A stretch of DNA of 42,673 bases from the NCBI GenBank assembly GCA_038886995.1, contig JAWALG010000005.1, forward strand, positions 1 through 42,673, read 5' to 3'. The position numbers and the translations under genes are program-made. Below the pieces are notes generated by a model, which worked only from the letters and a program-made list of their open reading frames with translations, searched no databases and was not told where the DNA came from. The DNA comes from Candidatus Iainarchaeum sp. Its GTDB lineage: Archaea; Iainarchaeota; Iainarchaeia; Iainarchaeales; DTGL01. Shown here one piece after another: positions 10,501-18,836 of this stretch (its first letter is position 1; every line of letters begins with the position of its first letter).

Positions 10501-10839
10501 GCCGCAATCAGCAGGACAAGTTTGACAACTTTCAGCACCATTACATTCCCCATCCCCGCAGTATGCTGCTATATTTCCATTTTCATTGGTTTCTTCTGTA
10601 TTACATATGCAATCAGAACAATTCATACAATTCTCCCCCAAATCCGTTTCGCACATGTTATTTTCATTGCAGGCTTCTTCTGCTATCCGACCTGGCCCAT
10701 CAGCGTAAACATTTTTTATTGGGAAATTTTCCTCATGGTTTAATAAAAATAGAATCAACACAAAAAATGTTAAATGTAAAATAAGGTGTACTTCGTTTGA
10801 TTTTTTTTCTTTTTTTTGTCTATTTTTTTTGCTAATCAT
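7543..10839 (-). CDS. Large membrane-anchored surface protein: signal, Cys-rich repeats, Ig-like (D-x-x-[AP]-P) domains, FN3-like repeats, PKD domain, C-terminal TM and coiled tail
   Basis: CGDGECNGAESCQTCPADC, DETPPLTS/DNKAPVTS, YSVDNAGNEE, LESGTTYYYKI, LEPNKKYLFEI and YVWDFADGT motifs; TM near the C-terminus. Confidence 0.8.
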   Translation of the reverse strand: MISKKNRQKKEKKSNEVHLILHLTFFVLILFLLNHEENFPIKNVYADGPGRIAEEACNENNMCETDLGENCMNCSDCICNTEETNENGNIAAYCGDGECNGAESCQTCPADCGECKDNQTGANVGQTPQDETPPLTSININPYSWYKMPVLVEFNCLDESGCETYYCYDKANACSPSKKGNEFFINSNDCPELICSFYIRYYSEDSYGNVEAMQSIMLRVDNKAPVTSYSGPSNGSTVQGKAEITLSCNDVGSGCKEIRYNVDGSGLRTYSDSIVISSEGYHEIAFYSVDNAGNEELGNFVRFTVSSSDNSLEIRNVKVSEVTQNSAKVSFETIANAEVTLYYSTVKGSWVNSAKSTGSFHEIFLRNLESGTTYYYKIAASAFGKNSYFEGEFSTIGSSIEINLQNLWSSYDSALIGWSTSTEASCQLLYGIDAALSKALVSSKAGLMHESTLSALEPNKKYLFEIKCSSGKESAKLSGEFYTLASAKPSIVKIEVFKVMPDETLEPCYGKVDEGELLKFVATVVNSSGKRYVWDFADGTTEDGVIEDSAKGFLGIKQIESYHLFSSVGEFEVKLSLSEPFSNELISQKSVFVSVHKTALSVELLEPKGALAKNGEFRVKILAKDANGNNLRAAYVDVYFRGQNIGGILKDGLISANVVIQKCSVKNTEFVSLRIIATEDGKPKYYTRIFPIRFEPCKLKAVSGFNNKVFHIGDFISTEAVAFVVDNSKAEFPISYLRAELISSDKSKVLDFNLFRSSASIEVNHKVSFKDLNSLKLHVVGSDIFGNEAESIIPIKVEPRNPDFYIETFALPEKLYLLREERIMLKIGSAKYLKGKISIKCAEGNWVINEMMSYDADNDVHSYVLLLPSDFSSSKLDCEFYAYATDSNAIDLLRHRFNVVSTLKIDFVSPSKQNSSFSEKPGKILIGVSYADGEKIAWNELKGTITVDNAMQNAVFRRSGNVYVAELERPLDFNAHSIIVSINSPLKGSGELNVKLNWMPGAFEIGSLFVAVLIIAVVFFAGAKVTFRIKDAKSKLVAEKRSIISFMKKTKAEYFKRHISEREFKEKYKEAEEKLKAVEQKIKRKEYLRFIKLKEGPN
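10801..10830 (-). repeat. Three A8 homopolymer tracts at the 5' end of the large surface-protein gene
   Basis: T8 at 10801-10808, 10810-10817 and 10823-10830 on the + strand. Confidence 0.9.
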
Positions 10840-11000
10840 TTATAATCCATAACTTTACTTTTCTTAATAAATATTTGCTTTCAATCAGTTGGCAAAATAA
10901 TGGCAATAAAGAGAACATCAAAAGAACACTAAAAATAACAATTTTAGAATAAGCAGAGTATTAGTAGAGTGTTTATTCATTGATTAAAATTAATGGAATA

Positions 11001-11020
11001 CCTTTTATATATTTTTCTAA
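11001..11020. promoter_or_regulatory. Probable bidirectional TATA box in the divergent intergenic region
   Basis: ccTTTTATATATtttt on +; reads gaaaaaTATATAAAagg (BRE-like plus TATA) on -. Confidence 0.5.
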
Positions 11021-11047
11021 ACATAAAAAATAATTAAGGGGGTTGAT

Positions 11048-12415
11048 ATGAAAAGGTTATTTTTAGTAGTTGTTAGTATTGTTTTTTTGCTATCATCTTT
11101 CACATATGCCCAAATACAAGTTGGAACGCAAACCCAAACACCATGTAGATGGGACTCTGACTGCCGCAGCTTGGACAGAATTGTCAAAATAGACCAGAAC
11201 TTATGTATTGGCAATATTAAAATTTACAGACCAGATCACCTCTTATTCCAAACAACTGGCGCACCCTGGCTAACAACTATTTTGGTTGGTAAGAATTATA
11301 CTGACTATATTCAAACCGGTTACAAAATAGAGCACAAATGTGGAAGAAGCGGTTTTTGCGAGGTTTCAAAGACAGATTCTTACGCTGATGGTGCTAGCGA
11401 AAAGTGCCAATGGGGTTGCTTGGTTACGCCTACTGAGTACAAAGGCAAAAAATATTATAATTTCTGTGTCTGCATGGGCGGCCTTATGCCAGGCAAACCC
11501 TGGTGTGATTACACTCGTGGAAATGATGTTTACAATAACTTCAAGGAATGGACGTGTGAGGTTGAAGTAAGGGAAACAATGCTATGTGGTTATGGTAGCA
11601 GATGTGCTGTACGCCCCGAAGGAGTTGGCTGCTGGCCTATTGAAACAGCTTCCAGCCAAAGCTCAAAAGACACGCAGTATGCTTTAGTAATTGAAGATAT
11701 GTCACAACCAGTTTATGTTGTTGCAATACAAAATGGTGTTGTTGTTGCAAAAAAGCCAATAAGCAATAGCAGCGCTCAGGAATATGTATTGAATAACGGC
11801 CCGATAAATTCCTCAAATGCATACGCATTTGCCCAGCAAACCGGCTTAACAACCATCGCAGCAAGCTCTAACTCAAGCACCGCAACAAGCAGTTATTCTG
11901 CATCTTCAAGCACATCCTCAAGTAACTCAAGCTGGCTTTCAAAAATTGCAGCATTCTTTGGCTTCGGAAGGAAAACAACAAGCACAACATCAGCAAGTGC
12001 TACGGTAAGCACCTACAACAGCACATACAGCACAAGTACCTATGCAAGCTATTCAAGTGCTTCAAGCACTTCTTACAGCACTTATAGTGCATACCCAAGA
12101 ACATACTCAGCTTACACTACCGCTTCTACTACTTACACGCCAACATATTCAACTGCCAACTACTCTTACTCTACATACACAAATTACTCTTACCCAAGCA
12201 GCTACTCTTACCATAGCTCTTACACCAACTATAAGCCAAGCTACACATACTCAAATTACAGCAGCTACAGTTATCCAACTTACACGAGCACATACTCAAA
12301 CTACTCAGCACCCAGATATTCAAATTACACTTACTCTTACCCAAATTATTCATACAGCGGTTACTCAAACTACTCTTATCCAAGTTATAGCAACTCTTGG
12401 TCAAGAAACAGTTAA
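11048..12415 (+). CDS. Secreted protein: signal peptide, 14-Cys domain, Ser-rich linker, amphipathic helix, Tyr/Ser/Thr/Asn low-complexity tail
   Basis: MKRLFLVVVSIVFLLSSFTYA signal peptide; AAGGGGG SD; tail from aa 310. Confidence 0.8.
   Translation: MKRLFLVVVSIVFLLSSFTYAQIQVGTQTQTPCRWDSDCRSLDRIVKIDQNLCIGNIKIYRPDHLLFQTTGAPWLTTILVGKNYTDYIQTGYKIEHKCGRSGFCEVSKTDSYADGASEKCQWGCLVTPTEYKGKKYYNFCVCMGGLMPGKPWCDYTRGNDVYNNFKEWTCEVEVRETMLCGYGSRCAVRPEGVGCWPIETASSQSSKDTQYALVIEDMSQPVYVVAIQNGVVVAKKPISNSSAQEYVLNNGPINSSNAYAFAQQTGLTTIAASSNSSTATSSYSASSSTSSSNSSWLSKIAAFFGFGRKTTSTTSASATVSTYNSTYSTSTYASYSSASSTSYSTYSAYPRTYSAYTTASTTYTPTYSTANYSYSTYTNYSYPSSYSYHSSYTNYKPSYTYSNYSSYSYPTYTSTYSNYSAPRYSNYTYSYPNYSYSGYSNYSYPSYSNSWSRNS
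11975..12412 (+). repeat. Degenerate coding repeats of YSNYS/YSY type
   Basis: Recurring ta(c/t)tcaaa(c/t)tac units; G-poor + strand. Confidence 0.85.
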
Positions 12416-12436
12416 ACTGGGTTTACCTAAACAACT

Positions 12437-13120
12437 TCATATTCTTATCTTTTCGCCACACTTTAAGTTTTTTGCCTTTGAATTAACGACACTATCCTCA
12501 ATCTTATCTTTGAACTCCTTTGGAGATGCCTTAATAAAATCAAATGTGTTGTAATGCATAGGTATTGCGATTTTTGGCTCAATCGTTTTTACCAGCCGAA
12601 CAGCATCAACTATGTCAAGAGTCATTTGGCCACCGATTGGGAGAATCAGAACATCTGTTTTTATTTTATTGAACGAATCCATTAGGAATGTATCGCCCAT
12701 ATGTACAATTGAAACTCCGCCGGATTCTACTTTGAAGCCAAGCGGATAGAAAGAGTTTGGATGGTGCACGTGGAATGCTTCTATGCTTATCCCATCAACA
12801 GTAACCTTTTTGTTAGGTGATATTGCTTGCTTGCAAGCAAGCGGTGCTTTGATCTCATTGAGCAAGCTATCATGCGCAATGATTTTACAATTTTTCTTTC
12901 CAGCAACATTTTCTATAAACTCTTTGTCAAAATGATCAAAGTGTTCATGCGAGATAAGTATCATATCAGCATCCATTAGTGCTTTCTCAGAAACAGGGCA
13001 TTTTGTTTTTGCGTTAACCTTTACACCTTTTGGGGTTTTCATAAATGGGTCTATAAGTATTTTGTGTCCAGAACAGCTTAGTTCAAAGAAGGAATGATGC
13101 AAAAACCTCAACTTCATCAT
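12437..13120 (-). CDS. Metal-dependent hydrolase, metallo-beta-lactamase fold (UPF0173-like)
   Basis: ILIDPF, SHEHFDH, HMGDT, LPIGG and IPMHYNTF motifs; start trimmed to ATG 13120 (or 13117). Confidence 0.9.
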   Translation of the reverse strand: MMKLRFLHHSFFELSCSGHKILIDPFMKTPKGVKVNAKTKCPVSEKALMDADMILISHEHFDHFDKEFIENVAGKKNCKIIAHDSLLNEIKAPLACKQAISPNKKVTVDGISIEAFHVHHPNSFYPLGFKVESGGVSIVHMGDTFLMDSFNKIKTDVLILPIGGQMTLDIVDAVRLVKTIEPKIAIPMHYNTFDFIKASPKEFKDKIEDSVVNSKAKNLKCGEKIRI

Positions 13121-13243
13121 CACTATCAAAACATAGAAAGGAAAAAGGATTTTTAAGTTTGTCGCCAAAAAAGGCGAAAAACCCACCAAAATAGTCGCAA
13201 TATCCGAAAGTATTATAATTTTTGGATCAGTTATTATAATATT

Positions 13244-14062
13244 ATGCGGAAGTTTAAAGCAGCCATTTTGATTTCTTTTCTGATTCTATTTTTTTTAATC
13301 AGCGCATCTGCGCTTCGCTACTCTATTGGAGACCACTACATCTCAATAACAATTGACAAAGAAGGCAATGCAAAGGTTACTGAGCGCTTTTACCTTGCTT
13401 TCAAAACACAGGAGGACATTGACGCTTTCACCGCAAAGAAAACCCTGCTCGGGAATGATATAACTGAATGGCGTAAGCTTGACCAAAACTTTACATTCCA
13501 CATTGGTGGCGAGTCCTATGTTAAGAAAGAGAGTGTTTCTGTTTTTTTGAATAAGGAGCAACAGGATCATGTTTTGGAGATTTACTATGAGCTTAAAAAT
13601 AGGGCTGTTGCGATTGTTTCAGAGGAGAGCAGAATTGTTACCTATAAAACAAACAATTGGCTCTTCACCCCATTTATCAAAGGCGCCGACTATGTAATAC
13701 CCGAAGGAACTTTTATAACAATAAACCTTCCGAAGGATGCCGAAATCATAGAAAGCGATGAAATATTCAAGTATGCGCTGGTCGATAGGTCTCCACCAAG
13801 AGTAAAGCTTCAAGGCCTGGTTTCCACAGGTAGCTTAAGCTTTAGGTATATCTTAGTTAAAGGGATTGCTCCACAGATAAGCATTTCTCTATCAGTGAAA
13901 AGCCTGGTTGACATTGTGAAAGAAAATGCCTATACGGCTGGGGCCTTTGGTGTTGCTGTTGTTGCAGTAGTTTATCTTTTCAGAAAGAAAATAAGCAATG
14001 TTGTAACTGGTTTCTTGGTAAAGTATACTGACTTATCAGCAGCAGAATCTGAACAAGAATAA
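13244..14062 (+). CDS. Hypothetical exported protein with signal peptide and C-terminal TM anchor
   Basis: Signal peptide, beta-rich ISITIDKEGNAKVTE...TINLPKDA, C-terminal TM followed by RKK. Confidence 0.7.
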   Translation: MRKFKAAILISFLILFFLISASALRYSIGDHYISITIDKEGNAKVTERFYLAFKTQEDIDAFTAKKTLLGNDITEWRKLDQNFTFHIGGESYVKKESVSVFLNKEQQDHVLEIYYELKNRAVAIVSEESRIVTYKTNNWLFTPFIKGADYVIPEGTFITINLPKDAEIIESDEIFKYALVDRSPPRVKLQGLVSTGSLSFRYILVKGIAPQISISLSVKSLVDIVKENAYTAGAFGVAVVAVVYLFRKKISNVVTGFLVKYTDLSAAESEQE

Positions 14063-14079
14063 TTTTGGTTTTGGTGTAA

Positions 14080-14583
14080 TCAGCCCATCTTTACCCTGCG
14101 CGAAATAATCTTTGTTCCACAATCAGGGCACTCATTTTTTGGCTGCTTTTCTAAAAATTTTTTCATGCAAGCAGGGCATATTCTCTGAAAAGAAATGCTT
14201 TCTTTTATTTTGCCCTGTACAGGTGCTATGTAGCCGATATTTTCAGCAAGCAGGAAGTTCTGTATTGAATAGTCATCAGTTACAACAAGAAATTCTTTGC
14301 CTTCGCTTTTGAATTGTAATGCAAGAGCAATTACACTCAGGTCAGCTCTGCTCAACCTTTCAAAACCATGCCTTTTTGCCATCTTCTCTGCATTTTTGAT
14401 GTATTTATGTTTTGGTTTATGAACCCTAAGGAGCTTCATTTTTAGTGCATTTTCGGCCAAAGCCCTTACCTCAAAGCTTCTCAATTCACCAAGTACTTCT
14501 AAAGTGCATGCATACCTGTCTTTTTTTGAGAACGAAAAATAAGGGTTATTTATAAGCGCAGAAGCGTCTAAGATATAAAACAA
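14080..14583 (-). CDS. nob1: Nob1 endonuclease (PIN domain plus Zn ribbon)
   Basis: ILDASAL, LSRADLSV, TDDYSIQN, CPAC...CPDCG; TTG start after GGTG. Confidence 0.9.
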   Translation of the reverse strand: MFYILDASALINNPYFSFSKKDRYACTLEVLGELRSFEVRALAENALKMKLLRVHKPKHKYIKNAEKMAKRHGFERLSRADLSVIALALQFKSEGKEFLVVTDDYSIQNFLLAENIGYIAPVQGKIKESISFQRICPACMKKFLEKQPKNECPDCGTKIISRRVKMG

Positions 14584-14600
14584 ATCAATACACCAAATAA

Positions 14601-15842
14601 TTAATTGCTAAAGACCAAAACTTTGCCGGGCAAAAGTTTAAACTTGTTTGAGCTTTTCTTTTCATTTTCACCTTTCTCAAATTTTATTATGTTTTTTTGA
14701 GGGTCTATCTCCACAATTCTTCCAAGCCATTTACCAGCAGGGTCATAAGCAGGCAATCCAATCAAAGCATTTGTTGCTTTTCTAGTAATGTCAAGCAAGT
14801 CAGCTGCTTTAAAAGCAATGAGTAAAAGCACAAAGCAGGCCATTATTGATAGAAGCATAAAATTAAGGTCTTCATTTCCAGCTATAACTAATGTGGCTGC
14901 ATCGACTATAATCCAGACAACTACTGCTGAGACAATAAATAATACATCTAATCTTAATAGGTGTGCTTTTTTGAAATGTAAATGACCTGCAATTCTCCCA
15001 AATCCAACGCATATTGCTGCAATAGCAAAGAACAGATAGGACCCTTGCAGAGCCTTAATGTAAGCACCAGCGTCAAAAAATGCAATCGGATCCGAAATCG
15101 CTGCTTGAACTATCGTATATACCCCAAGAAGTGCTATTACCAAACTTCCGAGATAGAAAAGAAATGAGGGGCTTTGTGGAGATAAACTCTTTATGAGCTC
15201 TCTGTTCCACTTTGCGAGTTTTCCTTCTACTCCGAGGCCTTTCATCACAAGGTAAAGGCCAACAATAAAGAAAACCCCTCTTATGAAAAGGCCTTCTATC
15301 TCAAGTGCAAGGGTTATTGCATAGAAAAGAAATATAAGGCCTGGTATTCCAAAAACAATTCTTGCGATGTATGGATCGCTCAATGCCTCCTTTATTGTAT
15401 AGTATGCTGACTCAACTTGCTGTGCCTGCTTAACAATCACAACTTCTTTGGAAATTATTTTTGCTCTCGAGTTAAGTATTGGCAGAACTTGGTCATCTTC
15501 AGCACCATCCGTTACCAATATGATACCCTCAAAAGTGTATTTTTTTTCAAGCTCATCGAGCTGCTCATTGAGCTTCTGGTCTGATTTGATTCCTGACTTG
15601 CCATAGCCGGTTATTGTTATTACTTCAAGGTTTTCAAAATCCTTCTTGACTTCATCATACAATTTTACTGCCGCAAATATGCAATTCGCATCGCTTTCGG
15701 TTGGATCCGCAAGAAGAAGTTTCTCGGCTGCTTCTATGTTTTTGTCTCTCCCTATAACAGGCCCTTCAATGCCTGCTTTTCTGCCTAAGTCATTGTCTCG
15801 GTCTACGCAGAGAATTATTGTGGAAGGTTTTTTTTGCATCAT
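14601..15842 (-). CDS. DUF373 family membrane protein with a PRC-barrel-like C-terminus
   Basis: LCVDRDNDLG, DPTESDAN, VTDGAEDD and VIVKQ motifs; C-terminal LIGLPAYDPAGKWLGRI. Confidence 0.88.
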   Translation of the reverse strand: MMQKKPSTIILCVDRDNDLGRKAGIEGPVIGRDKNIEAAEKLLLADPTESDANCIFAAVKLYDEVKKDFENLEVITITGYGKSGIKSDQKLNEQLDELEKKYTFEGIILVTDGAEDDQVLPILNSRAKIISKEVVIVKQAQQVESAYYTIKEALSDPYIARIVFGIPGLIFLFYAITLALEIEGLFIRGVFFIVGLYLVMKGLGVEGKLAKWNRELIKSLSPQSPSFLFYLGSLVIALLGVYTIVQAAISDPIAFFDAGAYIKALQGSYLFFAIAAICVGFGRIAGHLHFKKAHLLRLDVLFIVSAVVVWIIVDAATLVIAGNEDLNFMLLSIMACFVLLLIAFKAADLLDITRKATNALIGLPAYDPAGKWLGRIVEIDPQKNIIKFEKGENEKKSSNKFKLLPGKVLVFSN

Positions 15843-15944
15843 AACCACATTAACTCATTAATTATCAATGATTACTTATTTAAACTATTCCACTTCTAAA
15901 ATAATAGTAGGCGCACTATTATTTATTTTTTGCCTTGTGGTTTT

Positions 15945-16925
15945 ATGGAAGGAAAAGATGCGAAAAAAGAGCGCTCTTACGCTTTAATTGCCTTCATTTT
16001 GCTTTTGGCTTTTATAATATATGCTAATAAGGATTTACTTGCTGGTTATTCGGAAGGCCTTTTCTGGGTATTTGTTATTTTGCTTTTGGCCTTTTTGTTT
16101 TTCGCAGTAGGCCTATGTAAGAAGTTTTTGGTAGAACTTAAGGAATATGAGCGCGCAGTTATACTGCGCTTTGGTAAATTTAGCAGGGTTGGCGGTCCTG
16201 GCTGGACTTTAGTATTGCCATTAATAGAGTCATATATACTTGTTGACCTAAGAACAAAAACATTAGACGTGGAAAAGCAAGATGTTATCACAAAGGACTC
16301 GATTGAGGTAAAGATTGATGCCGTCATTTACTTACGTATAAAGAAAGACAAGGAGAGCGTTGCTAAATCTGTGCTTGAGGTTCAAAACCTTGAGCAAGCT
16401 TCCCGAACATATATAATGGCCGCGCTTCGTGATGTCATCGGTGCAATGGACTGCGCAGATTTAATCTCAAATATAGAAGCAGTGAACAGCTACTTGCATG
16501 AGACCTTGTCTGAAATAACAAAACAATGGGGCGTAGAAGTTGTTGCAGTGCAGATAAAAGACCTTGATCTACCTGAATCAATACTAAAAGCAATGCATGA
16601 GCAAAAGGCAGCAGTGCAAGAAAAGCTTGCAAGGCAACAACGTGCAGAAGCGCAAAAAATTGAAGTTGATGCAATAAAGCAAGCAGCTGGCGACCTTAAT
16701 GAGAAAGTTCTCAATTACCTTTACATAAAGGCCTTAGAAAAGATCTCTGATGGCCAAAGCACAAAGATTTTCTTCCCAGTCCAGTTCACTGACCTTGCAC
16801 AAGCGATATCAAATAGCATAGGCGCTAAAAACTCTGACATAGAACCATTGCTAAAAAGAGCCATTCAACTTAATGTTGAAAAGGCAATAAAGAAAGCTAA
16901 GAGGAGAAAAGGCACAAGGCATTAA
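15945..16925 (+). CDS. SPFH/band 7 (stomatin-like) protein
   Basis: EYERAVILRFG, GPG, VDLRT, QDVITKD, LRDVIG and WGVEV motifs. Confidence 0.92.
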   Translation: MEGKDAKKERSYALIAFILLLAFIIYANKDLLAGYSEGLFWVFVILLLAFLFFAVGLCKKFLVELKEYERAVILRFGKFSRVGGPGWTLVLPLIESYILVDLRTKTLDVEKQDVITKDSIEVKIDAVIYLRIKKDKESVAKSVLEVQNLEQASRTYIMAALRDVIGAMDCADLISNIEAVNSYLHETLSEITKQWGVEVVAVQIKDLDLPESILKAMHEQKAAVQEKLARQQRAEAQKIEVDAIKQAAGDLNEKVLNYLYIKALEKISDGQSTKIFFPVQFTDLAQAISNSIGAKNSDIEPLLKRAIQLNVEKAIKKAKRRKGTRH

Positions 16926-16934
16926 AGCTAAAAA

Positions 16935-17873
16935 CTACATACGAATTACTATAAATCCAAGAACAATGAGATAGATTAGCGAAAGCGAAAAAGCAAAGAG
17001 GTCATATCCTACTTTAAACCCAGCTTCTATTGCTGCACCAACAAGAAGTGAAATTACCGCAGCAGCAATTATGATAAAAGAGTCAATCGTTATTCGCTCA
17101 ATCTCTTTTGTGAAAACCTTTTTTCTTGTTACTGCTACCGATACTAATGCACCGCCGATTGCGCCCAAAAAATACCCCATAAATTCTGGGATGCCGTGCG
17201 GTATTAGCCCTAAAAACCTGAAATGGTTATTCGCCATTATGGTTTGCCCTATCCAGGTGCCAACAACACTAGCATTCCAGCTTATGAGGAAAATAGCACC
17301 CGCACCAAAAACGAAAGACATTATAAGGGCAACAACAAGTACTCCAAAATTGTTTTCAAATATGAGGGAAAACCAATAAAAGAATTCACCAAAATTTGCT
17401 TCTTCAGCGTCAACAGCTTTGCCTGTTTTTGCAGCAACATTTGCAACATAGTCAAGCGCCTTTTGTTGTTCTCCAAAAACATACCCTTTGCTAGGAAGGT
17501 AAACACAGCTTTTTGTGTTGCATGCTAAGGCATAATCGCTTTCTGGAAGTACTAAATATAGGATTGCATAACCAGCAATTACACCCATAGTCATGTATGA
17601 GTAAACTGCTATCAACTCAACATTCCTCTCGAAGAATTTTTCACAGAGCACAGGCACACGTGCTTCTGCTTTTTCTTCCCTTAAAAGGACATTGTGTATT
17701 AAAGGCATAGAAGCTATTGTTATGAACGCAATTGCAAGAAGCCCAGCATTTTCTCCCTTGAAAAAAGGGTATATTATGAGGTTGGAGCACATACTTACAA
17801 TCAGGCCAAAAAAAAGCATTAGATACGGCTTTTTTATTACTTGCTTGCCACCAAATATTGCTTCTAAAACCAT
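16935..17873 (-). CDS. SpoIIM/DUF95 family membrane protein
   Basis: IFENN, GAGAIFLISWNASV, PHGIPE and AAIE motifs. Confidence 0.85.
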   Translation of the reverse strand: MVLEAIFGGKQVIKKPYLMLFFGLIVSMCSNLIIYPFFKGENAGLLAIAFITIASMPLIHNVLLREEKAEARVPVLCEKFFERNVELIAVYSYMTMGVIAGYAILYLVLPESDYALACNTKSCVYLPSKGYVFGEQQKALDYVANVAAKTGKAVDAEEANFGEFFYWFSLIFENNFGVLVVALIMSFVFGAGAIFLISWNASVVGTWIGQTIMANNHFRFLGLIPHGIPEFMGYFLGAIGGALVSVAVTRKKVFTKEIERITIDSFIIIAAAVISLLVGAAIEAGFKVGYDLFAFSLSLIYLIVLGFIVIRM

Positions 17874-17976
17874 TGAAGCACCTTAGAATATTTTAAATAT
17901 CTTTGCAATGCTATATTGAATATAACCTTGTTAATTTATTAGGTTTATGCTTTTTTTATATCTTATGGCGATAAAA

Positions 17977-18534
17977 ATGAAACGCATAGTTGTTCCAGGG
18001 GAAGACCTTGCAGAGGTAGAGGAATTTATTGAAGGCGAAAATACATTCCAAGAGGGTGAAAAGGTTCGCTCAGCTGTTGTTGGCTTCGCTGCTTATGACA
18101 GCAAAAACCACGAAGTAAAAGTTGTGCCAGACAAAAGGGTAAGGGTTTTTGAAATAGGCACAAAAGTTATAGGGCAGGTTGTTGCCTCAAGGAAGACAAG
18201 AATACTTGTGAATATAGCACCTCCAGAATGCAGTGGTGAGAGAGTTGTCTTGCCAAAGACAAAGGCAACACTTTTCGTTTCAAAAGTTGCTGACAGGTTT
18301 GTGAAAGATCTAAGCGAAGAATACAAGATAGGGGACATCATTGTTGCAGAAATAGATGACATAAAGCCATACGGCCTTTATCTTCGCACTAACAAGCCAA
18401 ACTTAGGGGTGCTGAAAGCATTTTGTTCAAGGTGTAGAGCGCCTTTGCATTACAAGGTGGGCCGGCTTGTTTGCAACAAATGCGGATCAATAGAGCGTAG
18501 AAAAATAAGTTCAGAATATTCTGTTAGAGATTGA
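17977..18534 (+). CDS. csl4: Exosome complex RNA-binding protein Csl4
   Basis: VVPGE, S1 domain, LGVLKAFCSRC...CNKCG..E.RKIS. Confidence 0.92.
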   Translation: MKRIVVPGEDLAEVEEFIEGENTFQEGEKVRSAVVGFAAYDSKNHEVKVVPDKRVRVFEIGTKVIGQVVASRKTRILVNIAPPECSGERVVLPKTKATLFVSKVADRFVKDLSEEYKIGDIIVAEIDDIKPYGLYLRTNKPNLGVLKAFCSRCRAPLHYKVGRLVCNKCGSIERRKISSEYSVRD

Positions 18535-18560
18535 TTTGTATATCTAAATGGGGTGTTTTG

Positions 18561-18836
18561 ATGGAGATTGAACTTATAAGGGCTGAAAAAGACCTTCTTG
18601 AATTCAAAATCAAAGGTGAGAGGCACACCTATCCGCAGCTTTTGAAATATTACCTTTTGAAAAACCCTGATGTTGCTTTTGCAGCTTATAAGCTTGAACA
18701 CCCTCTTGACAAGGACAGCATATTTATAGTAAAGGTGAAGAAGGGCACCCCGCTGCAAGCTTTAAAAGATGCAAACAAAGAGATAATTGCCGAGATTGAT
18801 GATTTTGCAGAGAAGCTTAAAGAAGCCCTTAAATAA
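18561..18836 (+). CDS. rpoL: DNA-directed RNA polymerase subunit L (Rpo11)
   Basis: GERHT and VAFAAYKLEHPL motifs; follows csl4; GGGGTG SD then ATG 18561. Confidence 0.93.
   Translation: MEIELIRAEKDLLEFKIKGERHTYPQLLKYYLLKNPDVAFAAYKLEHPLDKDSIFIVKVKKGTPLQALKDANKEIIAEIDDFAEKLKEALK

Noticed and set aside
10839-10980. Stop-codon read-through extension of the large surface gene from ATG 10980
   Set aside because: It would need to bypass two TGA and one TAA, and the gene already has its own signal peptide and TATA-like element.
11975-12412. Possible CRISPR array or DGR variable/template repeat
   Set aside because: The repeats are degenerate, codon-phased and lack spacers. There is no second near-identical copy differing at adenines, and no cas or reverse transcriptase gene in the window.
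12042-12554. 170-aa Thr/Leu/Gln-rich ORF on +
   Set aside because: It is a shifted-frame shadow of the Tyr/Ser repeat tail, has no SD, and runs into the convergent hydrolase gene.
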